53,719 nt of DNA from Parcubacteria group bacterium (GCA_028286525.1 JAQBRL010000021.1:1-53719), one strand, 5' to 3'; positions 15,732-24,320 are shown, counted from the first letter of the stretch. Notes: a model not told the origin generated them from the letters alone. Numbers and translations: made by a program.

Positions 15732-15974
15732 ATGATCACCCTCTACATCAATCCGGCCTGTCCGTTCTGTCAGAAAACGCTCGAAGTAGCGCGGGAGGTG
15801 GGAGCACCCCTTACGGTAAAGAATATCCATGATGAAGGCGTTGCTGACGAGCTGGTCCGCATCGGCGGCAAGAAGCAGATGCCGTTCATGGTGGACGACG
15901 AGGATGAGGTTTCCATGTACGAATCGGAGGACATCATGGCGTACCTTCACCAGAAGTACTCCCAAAAAACGTAA
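15732..15974 (+). CDS. Glutaredoxin-like protein
   Basis: 80 aa with a CPFC active site in a thioredoxin fold pattern (ITLYINPACPFCQK..MPFMV). TATACT lies 8 nt before the ATG. Confidence 0.8.
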   Translation: MITLYINPACPFCQKTLEVAREVGAPLTVKNIHDEGVADELVRIGGKKQMPFMVDDEDEVSMYESEDIMAYLHQKYSQKT

Positions 15975-16023
15975 CGTATACTGATAGGGTATCTACCTTC
16001 TTACGAGCGCTAACCCACGAAGT

Positions 16024-16392
16024 ATGCAAATACAATTCAAGGGAACCAATTATGAGCTCACTTCGGACATGACCGACCTTGCCACTCGCAAGGTCGAAGG
16101 ACTCCAAAAATACGTCGGGAAAACAGGAAGCGAGCCGCTCGCGTACGTCGACCTCGGCAAGCATACGGAAGCGCATCATACCGGAGCCATCTGGTATGCC
16201 GACTGCAATCTAGACGTGGAAGGGAAGCGCTACTACGCGAAAGCCGAAGCGGAAACCTTGCGCAGCGCTATCGACAAGATGGTGGCGGAGCTCGCTAAGG
16301 AATTGCACAGCGCCAAGAAAAAACATGAGACCATGATCCGCAAGGGAGGCGGACGCGTGAAAGCGTTCTTCAGGGATTTCAGGAACGCGTAA
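16024..16392 (+). CDS. hpf: Ribosome hibernation/modulation factor (RaiA/HPF family)
   Basis: MQIQFKGTNYELTSDMTDLATRKVEGLQKY.. is a typical S30AE/HPF N-domain. Confidence 0.8.
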   Translation: MQIQFKGTNYELTSDMTDLATRKVEGLQKYVGKTGSEPLAYVDLGKHTEAHHTGAIWYADCNLDVEGKRYYAKAEAETLRSAIDKMVAELAKELHSAKKKHETMIRKGGGRVKAFFRDFRNA

Positions 16393-17230
16393 GGATTTCG
16401 TAGTCGGTCTCGTTCTTGCCCTCCGGCACGACACGCAGCGGCATAAAGACCGTCCCGTCAAAGGAGGCGGTCTTTATCTTTACGCGGATGCGTTTCCCGT
16501 TCCGCTCCATATAAAAATAGGTACCGGGCGATTCCGCGTACGCCCGGTACTTGTTCCAATTCGTCCGTGCATCTCCTGCGAGGTCGAGCTCACCGTCTTT
16601 TTTATCAATCTTTCCGCATTTGGTGACCTGGCTCACGTCCTGAGGCGTGAAGGTAGCGGAACCGTCTATGAATGAAGGAAGGACTTCAGCAAGAAGCTCT
16701 GCTCCAAGCGTGATGAGACGCGGTCGCAGCTCGCGCGTGGTCTCGAGAGGTTCGATGGGAACTTCGCGCAGCGCAAGAATGTCCCCGGCATCCAACTCAT
16801 AGACCATTCGCTGTATCGCGACGCCAGTGACTGTGTCGCCCTGTAGAAGCGCTGACTCTACCGGAGACGCGCCACGGTATTTCGGCAACAGGGAGTAATG
16901 GATGTTCAGGATGCCTTTCGGGAATGCATTGATGAGCGATTGCGGCAGTATCTTGCCGTAGGCGACCACGATGGCGTATTCCATGCCGTAGGCTGCGAGG
17001 CTCTGGACGAAGTCCGGCGTTATCTTCTCGGGAGTAAGCACGGGAAGCTCATGCGCGAGCGCCCATTCCTTCACCTCGGTGGGAGCGAGCTGCATGCCGC
17101 GGCCGCTTGCCGCGTCCGGCGACGTGATAACGACTGCGGGGACGAAGCCGTGCTCGACCAGATACGCGAGCGTATCACGCGCGACATAGGGCGTTCCGAA
17201 GAATGCGAATTTCGGTTGTGAAGCTCCCAT
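16379..17230 (-). CDS. fmt: Methionyl-tRNA formyltransferase
   Basis: FFGTPYVARDTLAYL.., NIHYSLLPKYRGASPVESAL. Start at M29 (17230), 5 nt after the def stop. Confidence 0.9.
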   Translation of the reverse strand: MGASQPKFAFFGTPYVARDTLAYLVEHGFVPAVVITSPDAASGRGMQLAPTEVKEWALAHELPVLTPEKITPDFVQSLAAYGMEYAIVVAYGKILPQSLINAFPKGILNIHYSLLPKYRGASPVESALLQGDTVTGVAIQRMVYELDAGDILALREVPIEPLETTRELRPRLITLGAELLAEVLPSFIDGSATFTPQDVSQVTKCGKIDKKDGELDLAGDARTNWNKYRAYAESPGTYFYMERNGKRIRVKIKTASFDGTVFMPLRVVPEGKNETDYEILTRS

Positions 17231-17234
17231 GCTA

Positions 17235-17771
17235 TTAGGCAGGCTCGACAGCATGTTCTTCGCTCCGATTCTGTTCATGTATCTCCTCGGCATGATCGAT
17301 GAAAAGGATGCCATCGAGGTGGTCTATCTCGTGCTGGTAGGCCTGGGCGAGGATGCCGCCACCGCCGCGGGTGAACCAGGCACCATGCTCGTCCTGCGCC
17401 TTCACGGTCGCCTGCGCGTGGCGGACGGTCGTGCCGTAGATGGTGCGTATGGAGAGACAGCCCTCCTGCATCTCGAGGCGTTTACGGGAACTCTTCACGA
17501 ATTTTGGATTTATGAAAACCCCTAGCTGGGGGCCGAGTTCCGTCGTTTTCTCTTCGCCGCGTTCGGTCATGCGGTCATACCTCACGACGAAGATACGGTA
17601 GGAGATACCGACTTGAGGAGCCGCGAGCGCGACCCCATCGGGCTCCGCGTCGAGCGTCTCGGCCATGTCCGCAAGCATGGTCGCCAGTTCAGGAGTACCG
17701 AACAAGGCAGCAGGCACGCTCGCGGCGTGCGCACGCAGGACTGGATCTCCATTCTCACGTATGGGAAGCAT
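17235..17771 (-). CDS. def: Peptide deformylase
   Basis: AAPQVG, EGCLS and QHEIDHLDG motifs. Start at MLPIRENG. TATAGT lies 6 nt upstream and there is no SD. Confidence 0.9.
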   Translation of the reverse strand: MLPIRENGDPVLRAHAASVPAALFGTPELATMLADMAETLDAEPDGVALAAPQVGISYRIFVVRYDRMTERGEEKTTELGPQLGVFINPKFVKSSRKRLEMQEGCLSIRTIYGTTVRHAQATVKAQDEHGAWFTRGGGGILAQAYQHEIDHLDGILFIDHAEEIHEQNRSEEHAVEPA

Positions 17772-17780
17772 AGGGTGACT

Positions 17781-17810
17781 ATAACAAAAACGCCGCCTTT
17801 TTGGGCGGCG
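17781..17810 (-). terminator. Intrinsic terminator immediately upstream of def
   Basis: CGCCGCCC-AAAAA-GGCGGCG followed by TTTTTGTTAT on the minus strand. Confidence 0.7.
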
Positions 17811-18097
17811 CGGCATGTCACCAGCGCGTAGCCTCGCCCCTGGGGAAGGGGGCTGGAGGACGCGCTGGTGACACCGCTCGCGAGTATCTGTGGTTGTTCA
17901 CTCGCAAACGAGTCAGGCGGGTCCAAGGGGGGAAGGACCGACCTGACCAACGGCAATTCAAAAGATCGAAAGAATCATCGGTGTCGGGGTATTCACGAGC
18001 GAGGCGTCTCCTGATCAAGGCGATCCCTCACCTCCATGAATCCTTCTCCGACACCGTTGACCCCGGTGCTGAAGTCGAGCTGTCCTTCTCAGCAACC
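17811..18097 (-). ncRNA. Candidate structured RNA (def-fmt leader/attenuator or stand-alone ncRNA)
   Basis: No credible ORF. Four strong local helices: 17817-28/17861-72 (12 bp perfect), 17880-85/17900-05, 17912-24/17935-47 and 17979-87/18048-56 (9 bp). Bracketed by a promoter and a terminator. Confidence 0.45.
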
Positions 18098-18103
18098 ATA
18101 CAA

Positions 18104-18132
18104 TTTATACCACACCGATGTGAAATCCGCAA
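18104..18132 (-). promoter_or_regulatory. Extended -10 promoter (TTGCGG-17nt-TGGTATAAA)
   Basis: The -35-like hexamer directly follows the stop codon of the 95-aa gene. The TGn extended -10 is at 18104-18112 (rc). Confidence 0.45.
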
Positions 18133-18420
18133 TTAGAACGGATTCTCGTTCTCGTGCTTCTTCGGGTCTATTTCCCACCAGAATTTCTTGCTGAAGCTCT
18201 TCGCGCGGCTGCAGACGCTCTTCAGGTAATAGAGGTCATCCGTCGGAATGCCTTGGAGTATCTTTCCCATGCGGCTCATGGAAAGCATGGGCAGGCCATC
18301 GCGCGCGCGGGAGTAATTCAGATGCCGGCAGAAGAATTTCATCAGCTCGCCGCGCTGGGTCGCTTTGGATTTCTTCTGCGTGGCGAAGTCCTTGGGGAGA
18401 TAATCGCCGATGGGTCGCAT
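18133..18420 (-). CDS. Hypothetical basic protein (95 aa)
   Basis: Clean ORF. TAAAAT lies 6 nt before the ATG. No family recognised. Confidence 0.55.
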   Translation of the reverse strand: MRPIGDYLPKDFATQKKSKATQRGELMKFFCRHLNYSRARDGLPMLSMSRMGKILQGIPTDDLYYLKSVCSRAKSFSKKFWWEIDPKKHENENPF

Positions 18421-18441
18421 TGAAGTATTTTACCGTACGGA

Positions 18442-18606
18442 GCGAGCATAGCGAGAAAAGTCGCTTAACCGAGCGCAGAGTGATTTCGCACAGAGCCGAG
18501 CAGAAAACTCCCGTCTAGCGAAGCGCTTGAGGGAGTTTTCGCCACGAGGCGACTATGCGAAATACGACACGTGAGAACGTAGCTGCGACTTTCTCGCTAT
18601 GCGAGC
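18442..18606. other. 165-nt nested inverted repeat / long bulged hairpin (H1)
   Basis: Arms 18442-64/18585-606 (22-23 bp, 1 bulge), 18483-90/18556-63 (8 bp), 18503-12/18531-40 (10 bp), and an apical AGCG-AAG-CGCT. Two internal bubbles of about 18x21 and 12x15 nt. Confidence 0.6.
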
Positions 18607-18612
18607 GAAGAT

Positions 18613-19920
18613 TTATGCCTGTTCAATATGCCCCCCAATGCTTTGGATACGCGAAGCGAGCGCTTCGTAGCCGCGGTTCACGATGTACACGTTTCGGAGC
18701 AGGGACTGTCCTCGTGCAGCGAGCATGGCGATGATGAGGATGGAGGCAGGGCGAAGCGCCGGCGGCGCGACGATATCGGCGCCACGGAGCCGCTTCGGAC
18801 CGGTGATCTGGATGCGGTGCGGGTCCAGCAGGAGGGTGGTGGCACCGAGATTATCGAGCTCGGTGTAATAGATGGCGCGCTTCTCGTAGACCCAATCGTT
18901 GATGAGGGTGTCGCCCTTTGCCTGCGTCGCGATGACCGCGAAGAACGGAAGATTATCGATGTTGAGGCCTGGGTACGGGCGCGGGTGGATGCGCTCAGGA
19001 AAGGCAACGAGTTCGGAAGGGAATACGTGGATGTCGGCGAGCTTGGTAACACCATTCTCGGAAACTCCCGCATCCGTTACCGTGAAGCGCAGATTCATCT
19101 TCTCCAGTATGGAAAGCTCAATCTCGAGGAACTCGATAGGCGCGCGGGTGATGGTGAGCTCGGAGTTCGTGGTCGCGGCGGTGGCGATGAAGAACATCGC
19201 ATCGGTGGGGTCTTCAGCGACGGTGCATTCCACATCCATATTGATCTCTTGCACGCCAGTGACCGTGAGCGTGGTAGTGCCGATACCTTCTATAGTGACA
19301 CCGAGCTGCCGCAAGAAGGCGCAGACTTCTTGGACCTGATAATTGGCGGAGGCGTACTTGATGATAGAAGTGCCAGGAATGCGGGCCGCAGCGAACAGCG
19401 CGTTCTCGGTCGCGGTATCGCTCGATTCCTGCAGCACGATGGTGGCAGGAGTAAGGGCGCCGTGCGTGACGACGAAGCGGTCGGTAAGCGCTTCGATGGA
19501 CACGCCGAACCGCTCGAGCGCCCAGAGGTGCGGACGCACGCTTCTCGTACCGAAGTCGCATCCGCCGGACTGCGGGATGTCGAAGGAAGCGAAGTGATGC
19601 AGCAGCGGCCCGATGAACATGAGGATGCTGCGGGTGCGCACGGCAGCGTCGCGGTCGATAGTATCGAGGGAAAGCGTTTCGGGCGGCGTGATGACGATGG
19701 TGTGGTCCGTACGCTCTATCTTCACCCCGATGGATTCGAGTATCTCTATGAGCCGATTCACTTCCTCTATCTGCGGCACTTTCTTCAAGGTCGTCGTTCC
19801 CTTATTCAGAAGGGACGCGGCCAAGAGGGCGACGGCGCCGTTCTTCGAGCGATTGGTCTCGATAGTGCCTGAGAGGGGATGGCCGCCCTCTATCTTGAAA
19901 TTCATTTCCTGGCCTGGCAT
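18613..19920 (-). CDS. murA: UDP-N-acetylglucosamine 1-carboxyvinyltransferase
   Basis: MNFKIEGGHPLSGTIETNRSKNGAVALLAASLL.. is typical MurA. Start at MPGQEMNFK (TACAAT 7 nt upstream). The 100-aa N-extension in the track is rejected. Confidence 0.9.
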   Translation of the reverse strand: MPGQEMNFKIEGGHPLSGTIETNRSKNGAVALLAASLLNKGTTTLKKVPQIEEVNRLIEILESIGVKIERTDHTIVITPPETLSLDTIDRDAAVRTRSILMFIGPLLHHFASFDIPQSGGCDFGTRSVRPHLWALERFGVSIEALTDRFVVTHGALTPATIVLQESSDTATENALFAAARIPGTSIIKYASANYQVQEVCAFLRQLGVTIEGIGTTTLTVTGVQEINMDVECTVAEDPTDAMFFIATAATTNSELTITRAPIEFLEIELSILEKMNLRFTVTDAGVSENGVTKLADIHVFPSELVAFPERIHPRPYPGLNIDNLPFFAVIATQAKGDTLINDWVYEKRAIYYTELDNLGATTLLLDPHRIQITGPKRLRGADIVAPPALRPASILIIAMLAARGQSLLRNVYIVNRGYEALASRIQSIGGHIEQA

Positions 19921-20005
19921 GAAGGCAATTGTAGCCGAGTCGAGCCGTATTCCCAACACAGGATTTGGCGGCCTGTAACGATGCGCGGTATGATACGCCC
20001 ACGAT

Positions 20006-21019
20006 ATGAGCATGTTCTCCCCTAAACTCGGCATCGACCTCGGCACCACCAATGTGCTCGTGTTCCTGCCCGATAAGGGAGTGGTGCTCAACGAGCCGTC
20101 GGTGGTGGCGGTCTCGACCGATACGAATAAAGTCCTTGCGATAGGAGTGGAGGCGAAGGCCATGATAGGCCGCACCCCTGACGGTATCACCGCATACCGT
20201 CCTATGAAGGACGGGGTCATTGCCGACTATCGGGTCACCGAAGCCATGCTGCGCTACTTCATGAGAAAAGCGCTCGGAAAATACAATATGTTCAAGCCGA
20301 CCGTTCTTGTGTCGGTGCCCGCGGGCGTGACCTCCACCGAGAAGCGCGCGGTCATCGAAGCGGCAGTGAAAGCCGGCGCCAAGGATGCGTACGTGGTGAA
20401 AGAGCCCATCCTCGCTGCTATCGGTGCGGGCATTCCTATCCAAGAACCGATGGGTCGCATGGTCGCGGACCTCGGCGGCGGCACTATCGACGTTGCGGTG
20501 ATCTCGCTTGGCGGCATCGTCGCCTCGACCTCGGTCAAATGCGCAGGCAATAAACTCGACCGCGCCATCATCGATCATGTGAAAAAGCAGTACAACCTCG
20601 CTATCGGAGATAAGACCGCGGAGGAGGTGAAGATAACGATAGGGGCGGCCGTCCCGCTTTCGGTCGAGCTCACGATGGCGGTAAAAGGCCGTGACCTCGT
20701 GACGGGCTTGCCCCGCACGATAGAGCTCAAGACCAACGAGATAGTCCAGGCGATGAATAGGGAATTGCGCGAGATGATGGGCGCGGTGCGCAAGGTCTTG
20801 CAGGAGACGCCGCCAGAACTCGCCTCCGACATCATCGACAATGGCATCATCCTTACAGGAGGGACTTCGCAGCTGCGTCATCTTCCTGAACTCGTACTGC
20901 GTCGCACGGGCGTGCGCGCGGAACTCGCGGACGACGCGTACTTCTGCGTTGCGCGCGGCACCGGCGTCGCGCTGCGACACCTCGATACCTATAAGAAGAG
21001 CATCATCACGAAGAAGTAA
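20006..21019 (+). CDS. mreB: Rod-shape protein MreB (copy 1)
   Basis: GIDLGTTNVLVF..EPSVVAV..GRTP..RPMKDGVIADY..DLGGGT. Confidence 0.9.
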   Translation: MSMFSPKLGIDLGTTNVLVFLPDKGVVLNEPSVVAVSTDTNKVLAIGVEAKAMIGRTPDGITAYRPMKDGVIADYRVTEAMLRYFMRKALGKYNMFKPTVLVSVPAGVTSTEKRAVIEAAVKAGAKDAYVVKEPILAAIGAGIPIQEPMGRMVADLGGGTIDVAVISLGGIVASTSVKCAGNKLDRAIIDHVKKQYNLAIGDKTAEEVKITIGAAVPLSVELTMAVKGRDLVTGLPRTIELKTNEIVQAMNRELREMMGAVRKVLQETPPELASDIIDNGIILTGGTSQLRHLPELVLRRTGVRAELADDAYFCVARGTGVALRHLDTYKKSIITKK

Positions 21020-21041
21020 TTTTATAGAAATGAATTGAAAA

Positions 21042-21069
21042 GGGCCCCGCGCGAACGCGAGGCCCTTTC
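21042..21069. terminator. Bidirectional hairpin terminator
   Basis: GGGCCCCGCG-CGAA-CGCGAGGCCC flanked by an A-run and a T-run, between the convergent mreB and the OMP-like gene. Confidence 0.6.
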
Positions 21070-21088
21070 CTACGTAATCTTCAAAGCT

Positions 21089-21622
21089 TTACTTGAAGCG
21101 GTAGGTGGCGTTGAGCTCGAAAACCCAGGCGCCGGGGAAGCCCGGCAGGTGGCTATTGTCTAGCGAGCTCTTGTACCAGTTGGCTTCGCCGGCGACGCTG
21201 AAGTTCGGGCTCAGTTGCTTCATGACACCCGCGCCGTACATCTGACGATAGCGCTTGCCGGTGCCGAAGTCTCGCAAGCCATGGGCTTCGAGATCGAGCC
21301 CATTCATTCCGGGGATAAGGTTCACCAAGGGAATGTTGCCGACGGACGTGGTGAGCCTGCCGCCATACCGCCTGATCTCACGGATGTTCTGAAGGGAGCT
21401 CGAATAGGTCCCTGCGAACGGCGTGAAGATGACGATCGGAGCTCCTTCCAGGTACAGCCCGGTTGCCTTGCCCACATGCATGTCATAGGTGTCGGTCGGG
21501 GGATGGACGAAAATCGCAGCGTCGAGGACGGACAGCGAATCGGAAGTCTTCGTGGTCTCGGCCATCGCGGAGGACGCGAGGGCCACGCACGCAGCTGCAA
21601 GTGCGGTAAGAGCATAGCGCAT
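21089..21622 (-). CDS. Secreted beta-barrel outer-membrane-protein-like protein (177 aa)
   Basis: Signal peptide MRYALTALAAACVALASSAMA. Alternating-hydrophobic strands. C-terminal ..WVFELNATYRFK. GAGGG SD 7 nt before the ATG. Very GC-rich. Confidence 0.65.
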   Translation of the reverse strand: MRYALTALAAACVALASSAMAETTKTSDSLSVLDAAIFVHPPTDTYDMHVGKATGLYLEGAPIVIFTPFAGTYSSSLQNIREIRRYGGRLTTSVGNIPLVNLIPGMNGLDLEAHGLRDFGTGKRYRQMYGAGVMKQLSPNFSVAGEANWYKSSLDNSHLPGFPGAWVFELNATYRFK

Positions 21623-21726
21623 GGTTTAACCCTCAAGGGCGGGGAGGACCGGGATGGCGCTCACCTAGACAGAACACTATACCTGTCCTGTAGTAATGTC
21701 AAAGCTTTGGAGTGCACAACATACAA

Positions 21727-21761
21727 ATAGAAAAGGCCCCGCCGCTTGCGCGTACGGGGCC
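21727..21761 (-). terminator. Intrinsic terminator after the 254-aa OMP-like gene
   Basis: GGCCCCG..CGGGGCC followed by TTTTCTATTT on the minus strand. Confidence 0.65.
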
Positions 21762-21780
21762 CTCTCTGCTTTCCGGCTGA

Positions 21781-22545
21781 TCACCAGTTCAAGGCGAACG
21801 CCTTCGCGACCGAGACGCCGAAGAAGGCGGCGGGTTCACGACCGCCGAAGCCCTTCACGAAGGGTCGGACGTTGATGTCGTACGGGAGCGCGAAGCTCAC
21901 GCCGATCTCCGCGCCCGGGACCCATTGCTTGAAGTTCTCGCTGTGGGAGATCTGGAGCGCGCCGTCGATGGTGGCGTGCTCGGAGACCTTCCAGGAGCAT
22001 GAACCCTTCGCTTGGATGGCGTTCTCCTTGAAGCCGCCGCCATCCCATTCGTAGGAGCCGGCGATGGCGCAGGCCTTGCCGAGCGGGTGCGTCAGCGTCC
22101 AGGTCGTGTCCCAGACGTCCGGGCCGGCGAGTTCATAGTAGGCGCCCTTCACCTGGAGAGTGCTTGCGCCGACTTTGAAATCCTTCCAGACCTGGAAATC
22201 GGTCTCGTGCTCCTTGGCGAGCTTGGTGTCCGCGCGCCAGAGATCGAAGCACAGGCCGCCGGTGTTGCAGAGGGTCAGCTCCTTCTCGGTGACGGGGTTC
22301 TTGGTCAGGGTGAAACCCTGCTTTTCGAAGTCCCGTCCCGACTTGGCGGTGAAGCTCGTGTTGAGCGTCCACTGTGCAGTCGGGGAAGGAGCGGCGACGA
22401 GGGTCGTCGTTTCGCCGCCGGCAGGCCGACTGGTGTCGGTCGCCGCGGCGAGGGTGATCGGGGCCGTCTCCTGTGCCATCGCGGGAGCGACGGAAGCAAG
22501 AACGACGCCCGAGGAAAGCAGAATGGAAACGAGCATGGTGCGCAT
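21781..22545 (-). CDS. Secreted beta-barrel outer-membrane-protein-like protein (254 aa)
   Basis: Signal peptide ..VLASVAPAMAQE. Amphipathic beta-strand periodicity. Terminal ..SVAKAFALNW (aromatic C-terminus). AAAGGA SD. Very GC-rich. Confidence 0.65.
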   Translation of the reverse strand: MRTMLVSILLSSGVVLASVAPAMAQETAPITLAAATDTSRPAGGETTTLVAAPSPTAQWTLNTSFTAKSGRDFEKQGFTLTKNPVTEKELTLCNTGGLCFDLWRADTKLAKEHETDFQVWKDFKVGASTLQVKGAYYELAGPDVWDTTWTLTHPLGKACAIAGSYEWDGGGFKENAIQAKGSCSWKVSEHATIDGALQISHSENFKQWVPGAEIGVSFALPYDINVRPFVKGFGGREPAAFFGVSVAKAFALNW

Positions 22546-22677
22546 GTGCGCAGGTCCTTTCTATGGGAGGTACGGGTCAGACTTGCGTCATCGCACCGTC
22601 TGTTGTTTATTGTATAACAAATATAGTCCGAATGTCAAGTAGGGCGAAGCCATCAGAACGAGGCGTATACTGGCCCT

Positions 22678-23340
22678 ATGGCGCACCACGCGTATTTCTA
22701 TGCCGGGGAACGGGAAGCGGGTATTACTGCGGCGCTTGGGCACGCAAAAGAAACGCTCGGCCTCTCGCTCGAGAATAATCCGGACGTCGTCGTCTTTCGC
22801 TACGGCTTATTCTCGGTCGATGACGCGCGTCGGGTTATCCGCCTTGCTGAACAGTCCGCGCTAGGGGAGGCAAAGCTCATCGTCATCGCTGCCGAGCGTC
22901 TTTTCCATGAAGCGCAGAACGCGCTCTTGAAGCTGTTCGAGGAACCACCTCCAGCGACGACCCTCGTGCTCGTCGTTCCCTCGGCAGGAATTCTTCTTGC
23001 GACGCTGCGTTCCCGCATGCTTCCGCTACAAATAGCAAAGAATGCTGTTGTACATATTTTTGTAACCTCTTCACAAACCGAACGCGAAAGAATGGTTCAG
23101 AAAATTCTTGAGCAGGCTAAGTCCGATAAGGACGAAGAGAAGCAGGCCGCACGAGGGCAGGCGCTTCGTCTTGCGGAAGGCCTTCAAGAAGCGAGCTATG
23201 CTGCCTGGCAGAAAAAGCAGAATAAGGACGTGCAGGCATTCATGGAAGACCTGGACCGATTCATTCCTATACTGCATGAGCGCTCCGCGCCATTGAAGCT
23301 CATCTTCGAGCACATCCTACTGACTATTCCGAAGCTCTAG
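22678..23340 (+). CDS. holB: DNA polymerase III delta'-like clamp-loader subunit, no P-loop
   Basis: HAYFYAG.., LIVIAAERLFHEAQNALLKLFEEPP, TLRSRMLPL (SRC-like). No GxxGxGK[ST]. TATACT lies 6 nt before the ATG. Confidence 0.7.
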   Translation: MAHHAYFYAGEREAGITAALGHAKETLGLSLENNPDVVVFRYGLFSVDDARRVIRLAEQSALGEAKLIVIAAERLFHEAQNALLKLFEEPPPATTLVLVVPSAGILLATLRSRMLPLQIAKNAVVHIFVTSSQTERERMVQKILEQAKSDKDEEKQAARGQALRLAEGLQEASYAAWQKKQNKDVQAFMEDLDRFIPILHERSAPLKLIFEHILLTIPKL

Positions 23341-23397
23341 TGGTGCTAGACTTTACGTAGACTCGGCCGTGTCGGCACGGGCATAAGGGGAACCGCA

Positions 23398-23697
23398 ATG
23401 CGTTTTTCTTTTATCGGCGCGCTCCTGGCTCTTTCATGCGCGAGCTCCGCCATGAGTCAGACACAGTTCTTCCAGCCGTACTTGGAACGCTCACCTGAAC
23501 GAGAGGATGCAATGCATGATGCATACACGTGCGGTGAGCAGGTCAACGATCGCATCGCTGGCATCAAACAGATCCATGGGAGCTTCTTCGTGGAAGGGCG
23601 AATCACCTCAGAAGAGCGCTACCGGGTATGGGAGATGTCCGTCTGCCTGAAGACCATCACTCCTTCCCAGGGGCCGCCGGTCAAAGCTCGCACCTGA
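23398..23697 (+). CDS. Small secreted protein (99 aa), GC-rich orphan
   Basis: Signal peptide MRFSFIGALLALSCASSAMS. AAGGGGA SD. GCGCGCC..GGCGCGC hairpin plus TTCGTTTT downstream. Confidence 0.6.
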   Translation: MRFSFIGALLALSCASSAMSQTQFFQPYLERSPEREDAMHDAYTCGEQVNDRIAGIKQIHGSFFVEGRITSEERYRVWEMSVCLKTITPSQGPPVKART

Positions 23698-23768
23698 ACT
23701 ACGTCGCGCCCCGGCTTCCTGCCGAGGCGCGCTTCGTTTTATAAGGACTCATTTGCTACACTGTCCCC

Positions 23769-24320
23769 ATGGCATACGACTTTTCAAAATTGCAGCAGCA
23801 TATCAAGGAGACAGAGGAGTGGCTCCAGCGCGAATTCACGAGCGTGCGCACGGGGCGCGCGGCTCCCGCTATTCTCGACAATATCCGTCCTGAAGCGTAC
23901 GGCGTCGCCACACCCATGCAGCAGCTTGCGAGCATTACCATCGAGGACGCGCGTACGCTGCGCGTTATCCCGTGGGATAAGAGCGTGATAAAGAATATCG
24001 AGAAGGCGATCACTGACGCGAATTTAGGCGTGGGCGTCGGTTCGGACGATCAAGGCGTCCGCGTCTCGTTCCCCGAGCTCACGGCCGAGCGTCGCACCAT
24101 GCTGCAGAAGCTCGCCAAGGATAAGCATGAACAGGCGCGCGTGACGCTGCGCGGGCACCGCACCGACGCGATAAAGGCGCTCGAAGCTGCCGAGAAGGAA
24201 GGGGGCATGGGTCAAGACGACCTCAAGCGCTATAAGGAGGAGCTGCAGAAACTCATCGATAAAGCCAACGAATCACTCGACGCGCTCGCGAAGCGGAAGG
24301 AAACCGAGATTTCCGCATAA
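23769..24320 (+). CDS. frr: Ribosome recycling factor
   Basis: REFTSVRTGRAAPAILDNI..ITIEDARTLRVIPWDKS..PELTAERR. TACACT lies 6 nt before the ATG. Confidence 0.95.
   Translation: MAYDFSKLQQHIKETEEWLQREFTSVRTGRAAPAILDNIRPEAYGVATPMQQLASITIEDARTLRVIPWDKSVIKNIEKAITDANLGVGVGSDDQGVRVSFPELTAERRTMLQKLAKDKHEQARVTLRGHRTDAIKALEAAEKEGGMGQDDLKRYKEELQKLIDKANESLDALAKRKETEISA

Noticed and set aside
17811-18097. Known RNA families (RNase P, tmRNA, SRP, T-box, ZTP) and the 111-aa (+) and 66-aa (-) ORFs
   Set aside because: There is no GAGGAAAGUCC, no tRNA-like tmRNA ends, no GGAAGCAGC SRP motif and no GGUGGUACCGCG T-box. Only fragments resemble ZTP. The ORFs lack start context, are Arg/Pro-rich and run through the perfect stems.
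17235-20220. N-terminal extensions of the fmt (28 aa), def (15 aa) and murA (100 aa) track ORFs
   Set aside because: The extensions are Arg/Pro-rich, cross hairpins or the neighbouring gene, and family alignments begin at the internal Met. The -10 boxes sit right before the chosen starts.
18628-20980. 414-aa (+) and 392-aa (-) ORFs
   Set aside because: They are antisense shadows of murA and mreB, which have unambiguous family motifs. Both are Arg/Gly/Asp-rich with no recognisable domains.
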